DNA of 64,000 nt from Mobula hypostoma (lineage: Eukaryota), in assembly GCF_963921235.1 (NCBI RefSeq), contig NC_086097.1, positions 46,626,001 to 46,690,000 on the forward strand, given 5' to 3'. The translations under genes and the position numbers were made by a program. The notes under the pieces were generated by a model. It was not told the DNA's origin. It was given only the letters and a program-made list of their open reading frames with translations, and searched no databases. This document shows positions 25,011-36,425 of this stretch, piece after piece (the stretch's first letter is position 1; each line of letters begins with the position of its first letter).

Positions 25011-27092
25011 CAAATTCCATCTGTGACCCCAACAGATGGAATTTTGAACAAAATACATACTTTTACATATAACACTTAATTAATATATGTATACAACAAA
25101 GAAAGCTTAATCAAACAATATATTTACAATATTTTCAAATATTACTGAAATATTAAACACAACATTTGGTGCTGCTCATCATTTTCAGGGGAGAGGGTAA
25201 ATGAGATGAAGAACCCAAATAGCTAAATATTGCCATTGGAGGTGCACCACTTCTATTTTCCTAGAGGACGCAAAAAAAAACTCTTACAAATTCTTTCAGG
25301 ACCATGCTGCTTTCCTGTCTCTGTAATGAGTTCAACTGATATCATGGGTCGTGGATAACCTGTGCTCCTCCACCTTTGGGTTCTAAATCACTCATCAGCT
25401 GCATTGGTCCACCACTGATGCACTGGTGCCCATGGCTTCAGTTGTCAAGCCCCCAAGAATGTGAATTCCTTCCCTAGAGTTCTCCGTTTTTCTTTTTCCT
25501 CCTTTCATACTCAATTTAAAACCTCTCTAATTGCTCCATACCAAATGTTGTACTATGGCAGTCCTGTGAAGTCACCAGAGATGGTTTGCTACATTAGAGG
25601 ATACATGAAAACAACGTGTCGCTGTTGTGATGGAGCAGTTAATAGTTTAACACAAGCATTCAATTTCATGACAGCCAAAGGGAAAAATATGTAAAACACA
25701 AGCACAGTAGGTACTAAACAAATAATTGCTTAATTGTACATACAATCTGTCATTCTTCAGAAAATATATAGTTGTTCAAAAGGCAAATAAATTAACGAAT
25801 TTTCTGATATAAGTTAGGTGAAACTTGATCTGCTTGCCACTTTCCCATGTTAGTAAGTAGTTTAGGGACTGTGCAACCTTTGGGCAAATTTACAGATCAA
25901 ACAGTTATCAACATCTTGGGAGAGTTGGCTCTGACCAGAAATTGAAATAGAAGGTAAAACTGGATTCTATATACCTTCCCTCAAAGAACATAACCTGGTA
26001 TCATGCCTGGTTCCTCAAAGCCTCGGTACCATTTTTTGGATAAACATTCAAATGTAATGGAATTCTTACTGCTTGACTGAATGGCTGCAACAACACTCAT
26101 TCAGTGTCAAACATTTTGAGTGAATTATGATGAGAAACAGGTTTTTGAAAATATTTCTAACCTACTGACATTGGGTCCAGACAGAGATTTCAAGCAACTT
26201 CTCTATCATTTTGGGGAGTGGTTATGATCTCTTCTCTCTGCACTACTCATTTCCATTATTGTTACACCGCCAGACTCTGGTTTCCTGCAGAAACTGCAAT
26301 AATGTTCCAAAACATTCTCAAGTATCAAATAATATTTAGTTTTCGGGTGAGTTACCACAAGAATCTCCTTTCTCGCACCAATTTACCGCAACGCATTCCA
26401 AAAGGTTTTGCAGGAAAAGAGCACAAATGCTCAAGATTATGAAGGGATATTTAGGATATGATTCTAACCAATTATCACTCAATATACTGGATTATTAACT
26501 ATAGGAGTAAACCGGCAGGAACTGAGTTGAGGTCAATCTGACAGATAGATATTCTGATGATGAGAAAGCGAGGCTGATATTCTGGAGGGATGAAAATAGC
26601 GATCTCAAAGGTCTTCTTCACCTGGGTCCTGTGTCTTGTCTTGTTAGTGTGCTTTACCATGATGTAACACTTCTGATTCCTCACTTCTTTCTGATTTAGT
26701 TTCTGGGATTATAATATTGCGTTGAGGAATGACTATTCTGTTCACATTTTGCACAGCCTTGCCACTAAGTAGAAAGAAAATCTATTAAATATCAAAAGCA
26801 AAAATTCATGTTCAGTTCATTTTAAAGTGCCATAAGAACCCGAGGTAACAATGAATTGAAAAGGAAGACAATAAACTTTTCTAGCTCCCAGACTCAAGTA
26901 CCAACAAGTCAGGAAATTTCAAAAGGCAATTATAGCAAGGTCAGTCAATGTTTAATGTAATTTTTTTAAAAAATCTACATAAACAACATATTTGTAACAC
27001 GAGGAATTCTGCAGATGCTGGAAATTCAAGCAACACACATCAAAGTTGCTGGTGAACACAGCAGGCCAGGCAGCATCTCTAGGAAGAGGTAC

Positions 27093-27128
27093 AGTCGACG
27101 TTTCAGGCCGAGACCCTTTGTCAGTACT
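27093..27128 (-). ncRNA. Minimal type-I hammerhead ribozyme motif, mutated
   Basis: AGTA-CTGACAA-AGG gtctcgg CCT-GAAA-CG-TC-GACT; G8 to A and one stem I mismatch. Confidence 0.65.
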
Positions 27129-27530
27129 AACTGAAGGAAGAGCGAGTAAGAGATTTGAAAGTGGGAGGGGGAGGGGGAGATCCAAAATGATAGGAGAAGA
27201 CAGGAGGGCACGAACATTGACTTCTCTAACTTCCGCTAATGCCCCACCTCCCCCTCGTACCCCATCTGTTATTTATTTATATACACACATTCTTTCTCTC
27301 TCTCCTTTTTCTCCCTCTGTCCCTCTGGCTATGCCCCTTGCCCATCCTTTTCCCCTCTCCCCCCTTGTCTTTCTCCCCGGATCTCCTGTCCCATGATCCT
27401 CTCATATCCCCTTTGCCAATCACCTGTCCAGCTCTTGCCTCCATCCCTCACCCTCCTGTCTTCTCCTATCATTTTGGATCTCCCCCTCCCCCTCTCACTT
27501 TCAAATCTCTTACTCACTCTTCCTTCAGTT

Positions 27531-27567
27531 AGTCCTGACGAAAGGGTCTCGGCCTGAAACGTCGACT
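27531..27567 (+). ncRNA. Minimal type-I hammerhead ribozyme motif; predicted cleavage after C27563
   Basis: AGTC (stem I)-CTGACGA-a-AGG gtctcgg CCT (stem II)-GAAA-CG-TC^-GACT (stem I'); stem III reduced to palindromic ACGT; one extra A before stem II. Confidence 0.8.
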
Positions 27568-27859
27568 GTACTGCTTCCTATAGATGCTGCCTGGCCTGCT
27601 GTGTTCACCAGCAACTTTGATATTTGTAACACATGCTTTTTGGAATTTTTTTGACTTTAAGACCAGTTTGAGCAATTATTTTAACTAACCGACGCCACAT
27701 TAAACTGCCAGGAAGAAGAACTTCATGAATATGAAACATGCATTAACAGATTCCACACAGTGTTGACGAAAAACAGTGCATTGTGTACTTGCGCTCTTCC
27801 AGAAAGTACAGTACAAATCGATCTGTTGTTTCTATAGGCTTTTAACCATTCGTTCAAAC

Positions 27860-28360
27860 ATTGGTAATGGTTTAGTGTTGTCACATGCAGCAAGATAGGG
27901 TGAAAAGCTTCCCTTGCATAATGTTCATTCAGATCAAATCGATACACAGCGCATTGAGATAGGACAAGGCAAAGCGATAAAAATGCCAAATAAAATGTAG
28001 GGAAAGTGCTATACAGATAAATAATGAAGTATAAGGTCATAATGAGGTGGATTGTGAGATCAAGAGTCAGTCTTATTGTAAGAGGTCATTTCAAGGGTCT
28101 GATAACAATGAGATAGAAGCTGTCCTTCAGCCTGATGGTACATGTTTTCAAGCTTTTGTATCTTCTGCCTGTTGAGAGAGGGAAGAGAGAGTATCTGAGG
28201 TCGTTGATTATGCTGGCTGCTTTACTGAGGCAGTAAGAAATATAGATAGAATCCATAGAGAGGAGGCTAGATTCTGTGATGTGTTCACAACTCTCTGCAG
28301 TTTCTTGTCATCACATGCCAAGCCATTATGTATGCATGCAGACAGAATGCTTTCTAGATA
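27860..28360 (-). mobile_element. Decayed Rex1/Babar LINE 3' fragment
   Basis: LESILSACI...KKLQRVVNTSQ (ORF 28208-28393) parallels the Rex1 C-terminus at 29545-29889. Confidence 0.7.
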
Positions 28361-29139
28361 ATAAGATCTAATACATCTTTCAAAAAGTCTCATTAACCCT
28401 ATCAGACAAAGTCAGAAGCAGAGCACAGTAAGAGAAAGTAAATTTAATTAATTCTTTCTAATATCTGGTTAAGAATTTTTAACTTCTATTTCTACAGGTT
28501 TGCAAGATTCACGTGGATACGTTAAAGAAAAATTATACTTATTTGATTAAAAGTTTAATTTTATGCATTACTGTTGACTAAGTAATTAGAGCTGATACCA
28601 AAAGGGTCACTAAAATATTTGTAAGATAAAAAAACATTTGCTCAAAAATATTTTAGTCAGCCTTGCATAAGGAATAAACATAACTACTCGTGACTCATCA
28701 TCAAATCTCTGTGATGTTGCCATGGAGTCAAACATTGGGATAACAATGCAGATTACACTGATGTTTGTACTGTGCCTGAAGATTGCATGGTCATTAGTTA
28801 TAAAGCATGGATTTCATGCCGGGGTCACTGAAAGTGGGTGTGAGTGGGGAGATGGGGGGAAGAACCTCAATGCTTAGGACCTGCTCGATGCAATTTTCAG
28901 GTTATTTGTTAAGTGAGCATGTAGCTGCCCACCTGGAACAGGAACAGTCTACACTGCACGCAAATTGAATTTTACCCCAATTTAGGTAAAATTGGTACAG
29001 CGTTTAATTTGAGGGTTTCACTTAGACTCACAGTCCCACACTGTTCACCAGATCAGAAGATTGTTATAGCTTTCATATCAAAAACCAGAAGCTGTTGGGA
29101 TTACATAAAGCCTTTTATGAATTATGCATGCCCACAAGG

Positions 29140-30080
29140 TACTCCCTTTTCACTATGACTGCGTTCCTGTACACATTTCTAACTCCATAATCAAGTTCGC
29201 AGATGACACCACGGTGGTTGGCCTGATCAGAGGGGATGACAAGACTGCCTACAGGGACAAGGTCCAGCACCTGGCCACGTGGTGTGCCGATAACAACCTG
29301 GCCCCTAACACCCAGAAGACCAAAGAGATTGTTGTGGACTTCAGGCATGCTAGGAGCCACACTCATGTCCCCATCTACATCAACGGAGCTGTAGTGGAGC
29401 ATGTATCAAGCTTCAAATTCCTTGGTGTCCACACTTCCGAGGATCTCACCTGGTCCCTGAACTCCTCCATCCTGATCAAAAAGGCGCCACAGTGCTGTTA
29501 TTTCCTGCGGAGCATCAAGAAAGCTCACCTCTGTCCCAGGATACTTGACGGACTTTTACCGCTGTACCATTGAGAGCATATTCACCAACTGCATCTCAGT
29601 GTGCTATGGCAATTGTCCCGTATCGGGCCTCAAAGCACTCCAGTGGGTGGTGAAAACTGCCCAGTGGATTATCGGCACCCAATTGCCCACCATTGAGAAC
29701 ATCTACCATAAGCGCTGCCTGGGCAGGGCGAAAGGCATTATCAAGGATGCATCTCACCCTAACCATGGGCTTTTTACTCTCCTCCCATCCAGTAGGCGCG
29801 ACAGGAGCCTCCGCTCCCGCACCAGCAGGCTCAGGAAGAGCTTCTTCCCTGAGGCTGTGACTCCGCTGAACCTCTCATCACAGCACTAAGCAGTATTGCA
29901 TCTGTATTGTACTGTCTCCGTACTTTTATATTTGTATGCTGTAGCACTTGCTTTTTATTCACAGTTATTTTGTAAATAATACTATTCTTTTGCACTTCTG
30001 GTCTGATGCTAATCGCATTTCATTGGCTTTGTATCTGTACTCAGCACAATGACAATACAGTTGAATCTAGTCTAATCTAA
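29140..30080 (+). mobile_element. 5'-truncated Rex1/Babar-type LINE, well preserved
   Basis: SIIKFADDTTVVGLI, NTQKTKEIVVDFR, FKFLGV, FYRCTIESI, HPNHGLFTLLPS, SFFP; (AATCT)n tail 30064-30080. Confidence 0.92.
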
Positions 30081-30427
30081 CAGACCCACTCTCCCACACA
30101 CCATGGACTATGGATCAAGTCAAGCCCTTCTAAATGGAATGACTGTAGATTGTAATTTTATGGTCAGCATGGACACGGTGGCTGAAAGGCCTATTACTGG
30201 GCTGTTGGACAATGACGCTTCTGTGATCTCCACTCAACAATTAATCTTCTCGCTGGTTTGTTGTACTTTAGTCTGTGACTCCTTAGACTTCTGATCCTAC
30301 CCGAGTACCAGCTGCTGATTCAGTCCTTTCTAGGCAGACAGTTTGAGGCTGGCTGGTAGATGAGGCCTAAAGATCACAATACAATCCCTTTCCTAGAAAA
30401 GCCTAAAGATGTTATGCACTGGTTCTC

Positions 30428-31255
30428 AAGGTTCAAAGTTCAAAGTAAAACTTATTATCAGAGTACATATTGTACTGGCCACTTCATACAATCCTGAGGT
30501 TCTTTTTCTGCGGACATGATCAGCAAATCTATAGAACAGTAACTGTAAACAGAATCAATGAAAGAGCAAGAGCATAGGAGATAACAAACTGTGCAAATGC
30601 AACTATAAATAAATGGCAATAAATAATGAGAACAAGAAATAACAAGATAAGGAGTCCTTAAAGTGTGATCAATGGTTGTGGGGATAGTTCAATAGATATG
30701 TATGTGTGTAGTTATCCTCTACAAGAGCCTGGCTCAGGGATAGTAACTGTTCTTGAACTTGGTAGTGCGAGTCCTGAGCCCTAAGGCATTTGTACCTTCT
30801 ACTTGATGGCAGCAATGAGTAAAGAGCATGGCGTGGGTGGTGAGCACCTTTGATTATGGATGCTCCCTTCTATGACAGCGTTTCATGTAGGTGTGCTCAA
30901 TGGTTGGGAGGGTTTTACCTGTGAGGTACTAGGCCATGTCCACCACCTTTTGTAGGATTTTCCACTCAAAGGCATTGGTGGAAATGCATTACCAGGCTGT
31001 AACGCAGCCAGTCAATATACTTTCCACCACATACCTATAGAGGTTTATCAAGGTTTGTGAGGTCACACCGAATCTCCGCAGACTCTTAAGGAAGTAGAGG
31101 CATTGTCATGCTTACTTTCCAATTATATTCATATAATGGGTTCAGGACAGGTCCTCTGAGATAGTGATACCCAGGAATTTAAAGTTACCAACCCTCTTCG
31201 CCTCTAATCCTCTGATGAGTACTGGCTCATCGACCTCTCCTGAAGTCCACAATCA
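30428..31255 (-). mobile_element. Rex1/Babar LINE 3' fragment
   Basis: Reverse tail gttcaaagttcaaag; reverse strand gives VVDFR..., VGNFKFLGITISEDLS. Confidence 0.75.
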
Positions 31256-34200
31256 GCTACAAATAGCTCAGTGGGATCATAGATTTACACCTGCTCCCTG
31301 CCTCCACTCTTCTGACATATGTCTGATTCCATTCATAATCCTGCCCCTAATTCCATCCTCCTTATACTTTCCAAAAATTCGTATTTATCTATCTAAAAGA
31401 TCCCAAATATCCATTTCATTTCTTCCAGTCACTCAATCTATCAGTTCATCTATCAAGTTTGATAAGCCACGGCTTCCTTTATAAAGAAATTGATGGGTGG
31501 TTTTAATTACTTTTGCTTCATCCAGATGCTTGGGAGATTGCAATCACTTAAATACACTCAAATCTGATGATGCTGCTAATACAATTCAAAGTATTCACTC
31601 AGTACCTGGAGTACCTCCAAAATCCTGCATGTGTAAAGGATTTTGATGCTTGGAAATAGGACATTATGGTTTGTATAAAATTAACTAGAAAACCTTCATA
31701 CTTCCAAATCTGATAAATTTTCCTTTGGTCCTTTGTTATCCTCCTCATTAACACATAGCAATGTTGTTTTCAATAATGTATAATTGTACAATATGAACTA
31801 TTATTCCACATCCATTTATACAACATTGCACAACTCCCATATAGGCACGGGTTAAATCATGAATACTTCTATTAGAGAATTAAAACACAATATTGTATGA
31901 TACTGTTTTATAAGATCAATAGGGGATAGCCACTGCATCAGAGCATTGGAAACACACAAGTTTGACAGCAATGTTGAAAGCTCCTTAATGTTCTGATATG
32001 CAGGTGCGAAAACTGAATGTCTAAAATTGGATTCTCTTTTTTGTTGCTGCACTAACACATAGAATGAGCGCTATTGCCGAAATAGTTCTCCCAAAAAGAT
32101 TGTGAAATTAGCTGCAAACTAGTGGGCAAGAGTGTAGGCGTGCTCCGTCCAAGATACATCAAACTGTGGCATGTGAGGAGCACTCTCAGCTTAGAGAAAC
32201 TATTACCCTTTGCATTGCAACATTCAGAGGTAATTTAGCCGTAAAGATGCATTCCCTATGGCAGCCATACAGCAGCAACATACATCTGGTTGCCATGAAG
32301 GTTAGTAAAAATGATAGGCTATGCAGAGACCATCACACCAAGAGGGAAACCAGGCTGCAGGCGAATGAGATTTATCCCAAGAGGAATGGCTGAAAATAAT
32401 ATCACACCCTAACAAGATATGTCAAGGTGATTTAAATTGTGTTGTTTATGCTGATAACTGCTCAAATACAGCATCACCCGGCCACACAACACTCACACAA
32501 ACACTGATCGAGCTTATAAATATAGAACAGGAAGGCGTCCACTGAAGCAAAAGCTGTCAAGAAGGGGAAAGTGAAGTGTTTCAACTGGCTGAAGGGAGTC
32601 CTCCTGTTCATGGCCAGAGGCAATGAGGCAAACCATTTTAATTTTGTTTTTGTTATGAAAAGATTATGTAATACAGAACATTCAAGTGAACTTTTCAAAA
32701 GAATTCATGTTTATTCATTGGTGATGTAATTGTAACCCTAAAACAAGTAATTCATGGGGTTTAAAACCATAGGCTTCAACCCAAACTTATGATCAAGTCA
32801 GGAGACACATAAACTGGGGGGAAAAAGACATTTTGCTAGTTTAAGCATCCCTGGCACAGGTTGGGAAATGTGTGAACAGTCTCTCATGATTTTTGAATCT
32901 GCTCTATTAAGTACCTCATAGGTGTCCCCTTAAAATGGCATTAGATATTGGGTTATTCTTTTCTATGCGTGACTGTCAAATAATAGACATTTAATACACC
33001 TAGAGCTCTAATTTATACAGAGAGAACTTCAAACAAGCCAGATGTTGCATACTGATATCATGATAACATGAATCCCAATCATGACTTAATAACATGAATC
33101 CCAATCAGAGGTTCTGATCCAATTCCACCCTGAAGGGATTTCTGACTCCTGTTGTTCTATGTGATCTTAGATCACATAGCTCCAGAACAGATGCGTGCTG
33201 CACGATCCAGTTTCTAGGCAACTGGCTCTTTGATGCATCGGGATTGGTAGGCATATATATAAAAAAAGATACATTCAGGAGGTCAGAAAGTGAATGAAAT
33301 CAAGTTACCCTTTCTTTCTGCTTGGCGAACTTTCAGAGCTGAAACATGTTTGAAATTATATGTGGTGAGGCATGGAAAGTAAGGAGGGAAGAAAAGACCA
33401 AAGAGCAAGGTCAGTGATGGGCAGAAAGCAGGAGTGAGCAGATGACAAGTAGGATGGATGCAATGGAAATAGAGATGGTAACGGGACAACAAATGAAAGG
33501 TGAGAGTAGAAGAAGCATAAATGGGAATAGAATACTTATAAATTCCTATCCTTGTTTGTATCTCATCTAGACTTACCATTTGCTTCTATACTTTTCCTTT
33601 CAATTGTGTTGAAAATATGTTTGCCACCAGTTGGCCCAGGCATAAACATTATCCAGCATCCTTGATAAAGTCTTGATTATATACACACCATGTTTATAAT
33701 AATTGCCCATCAAGAATACTTTTAATTTGCCATGTTCTCAATTTGTTCTCTTAATTGGTCTGTTTTCCACCATCCTACATCCTTTTTATTGTCTGTTTCA
33801 GCTCACCTTCCACTGCCCTCAATTTCTTCTGTAGCTACAACAGCCATTCTGAACAGATAAGATAGAAACCTGTGCCTCAAAAGATTGGATGCAAGCACCT
33901 TGACAAATCAATAAGAGGAATGGCCTTATTTTGGTCAGTTTTTTCATTTATTACAATTGCTTTGATTATCATGAAACTTTAAAGACCTTGTTTGCTTCAT
34001 TCACTCCAATTTTTAAACAAACGTTTATGCTCTTGCTAAATCTGCAAGCATTTTGATCTTATTCACTTTTACTTTGTTGCCTCAGTCGTGGGAAATAGAT
34101 TAAAAGTCATTCCATTATCATCTTTATTCTTCAATAATCCTTTAACAAAACAAGCTCTACAGCTTACCAGCAACATAAGACCATGTAAACAATTCTTACA

Positions 34201-35672
34201 AATTGATGACTAAAATCCAAATAAAGCAGCCATGTGATACACCCTGGCCGAGAGCAGAATTTTTATTGTCCATTACAGAAGAGGTGAGCCCCTCAATGCA
34301 TAATGGAATCTTGTTAATAACAGAAAATTGCTTAATTACATCAAACCTTTTGAGAAAAAAGTTTTCAGAATTTATCTTGTGTAGGTTGTGATGTTGATTA
34401 ATATCAGGCTCGTGTTAGAGCATGCCACACCAAGGTAACATTTTGTGCATGGTTTTACAAGTGATGGTAGAAAATTGGGAAGATTGAAAACAAGAATGAG
34501 GACGATGAAGGCTCCATTTTAACCAACAAAAATAATGAACTGCTATCAAATATTTTGGCATGCAAATACTTTTGAAAGAAGTTTTTGTAACCTACAATAA
34601 AATATTTTAAAAATATCAACCTAAATTTTGCAAGCACCAAGCTTTTAACTCGGTTTTATTTGACTACTTCAGCTCTCAAGAGGTTTTTGGTTTGCTGTAT
34701 TAATTGTTTAGATGATTGAATAAATCAAATGCAGACCCATGCGAACAAAATAAATAAATTGTAGGTGACATCATCTCAACTTTAATACATTTTGTGTTTC
34801 ATTTAGTTTCTGCTAACATTTACTGTATATGAACCTTCCTTGTTAGAAATTTAAATCTCATATTTTTTGGTTTAACAAAAGCTTTGGCAGAGGCAGGGAA
34901 AGAAAATTTTAAGTCACAAGAAAGAAATGCAGAGCAGAGTTTAATGCACAGGCTCAATTTTTTTAAAAATAGAAAGATAATCTTTACATTTATGGTAAAT
35001 TTAAGTAGTGAGGTGCGGTGTGATGTGATGCAAATGTGGATATTTCATGGATTTTACTCCTGCTTCAGGGTTTTGGACATAAGGAAAAATATCAAGAGAT
35101 CAGCTGCAGGAGATCCGCAGGCTGTGTAGGATTTTATGGAAAATCTTGCAGAGTCTATTGACTTCTGTACCTTAATACCACAAATGTGCTTCAAGCACAC
35201 AAACACTGTGCCAGGAATGCAAATTCAAACACAGAAGAGCGTTTCCAGCAGCTTTTGCTTTTATTACAGCTGTTGGTGATAGCAGCAACCATGGCCAATG
35301 TATTTCCACACAAATATACCACCCACACATACATGGGCAATGAGACTCTAGCATGGATAGAGCACGGCAGTCTAACAACAAGCATTCTTAAAAATAAACG
35401 TTTTCACAGAGATTTAACCGACAGAGTATTAACTGCTTTAGTTGGAAACCTATTCTAGAAATACAGTAGTTTACTGAAAGGGTGATTAAATCTCTTGTCT
35501 TGCTTGTGGCTTCTTTTGACTTTATTGTTTTTCTGCCTCTACTGGAAACCAAAGAGAGCTAAACGTTAGAAAATTCCAAGTGTAAGAGAGCAGTGAATAT
35601 TAATTTATAATATTTAATCTTGTGGGTTTCTGATTGTTACTCAAATGTTTATGTAGTCACTAGCTTTCTCAG

Positions 35673-36087
35673 CCTCCAAGATGACCACAACCCTGCCGTA
35701 GGGTTTGGAGGCCTCGATGACCCGGAGAACTATGTTGACTGGAGTCAGGGTTTGGCTTCGGCTCTTGGTAGGGTCACCCATGTCAAACAGGTCAAAGGGT
35801 AGAGGCCAGATTAAGAGTGGTCCACCGGTCCTCCAGGTTCGGGAGGTCAGCTCAGGGCTAACAACCCTGACTGGTAAAACAAAATTGTTATGGAAACAGC
35901 AATGAAGATTCCTTCTACATCTGAGTTTGATGGTATTCCTGAGTCTCCAGCTGAGACTTGCTTGACTGACAGTAGTGAAAACTAAGAGGAAGTTTCTGAC
36001 ATGATGAAGGAAGTCCTGAACACTGCCAAAGATCAAGGACTTTCATTGCTGCCCTGAATGCCAGTGGAATAATGGGCAGTAAGTAGG
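35673..36087 (+). mobile_element. 415-bp non-autonomous RTE-clade retroposon with 12-bp TSD
   Basis: TAGCTTTCTCAG at 35661-35672 and 36088-36099; head ctatgttg...ggtagggtcacccatg..aaacaggtc resembles Rex3/Expander 5' UTRs; 3' end ttcattgctgccct...agtaagtag. Confidence 0.8.
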
Positions 36088-36189
36088 TAGCTTTCTCAGA
36101 TTATTTGGAGATGTGCATATGTCTCCAGCAAATTCTTATAGTTAATTAATTTGTGGAGTAAAAATTCTATAGCATCAAAGTTGCTGACA

Positions 36190-36425
36190 ATCAGAATTAA
36201 AAACACTTAGCAGGTCAGACAGCAATTACAGAGAGAGAAACATTTCAGCCGTGGATGTTTCTTCTAATCAGAGATCATTCTAATGTTTTGTGTAAATGCT
36301 GTCTACCCCATTAATATTTCTAGCATTAATTCTGATGAATCATCGCTGGAACGTTAACCCTGTTTCTCTCTCCACGGATGCAGAGAGATCTCTTGAGCAT
36401 TTCCAGCATTTGTGCAGTTATTTTA
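36190..36425. mobile_element. Old PLE-derived inverted-arm remnant
   Basis: Minus arm acttagcaggtcagacagc...gagagagaaac; plus arm ttCTGATGAatcatcgctGGAACGTTaaccctgtttctctctccacggatgc. Confidence 0.55.

Larger units (their letters stand above)
8105..25164 (-). mobile_element. Ty3/Gypsy (K02A2.6-like, 'family C') copy 1, fragmented by nested insertions
   Basis: 3' LTR pieces at 8105-8187, 11858-11966 and about 16135-16209; PPT gcagggaggag at 16210-16220; pol fragments (SFLGFVNYY, AARMQRWALFL, ICGDFKVTINP) 16400-19782 and 23826-23980; 5' LTR remnant about 25050-25164. Confidence 0.8.
27001..27619. mobile_element. Penelope-like element 3' fragment with inverted pLTR copy and 13-bp TSD
   Basis: ATATTTGTAACAC at 26988-27000 and 27620-27632; 27040-27208 is the reverse complement of 27451-27621; ORF end GTNIDFSNFR* at about 27207-27239 resembles PLE C-termini. 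Confidence 0.9.

Noticed and set aside
28714..28730. RFX X-box-like GTTGCCATGG (similar at about 32288)
   Set aside because: Only one half-site matches; second half (RGYAAC) absent
35069..35161. Plus-strand acceptor followed by short open frames (also at about 28498)
   Set aside because: All frames close quickly, no good donor, no recognisable peptide
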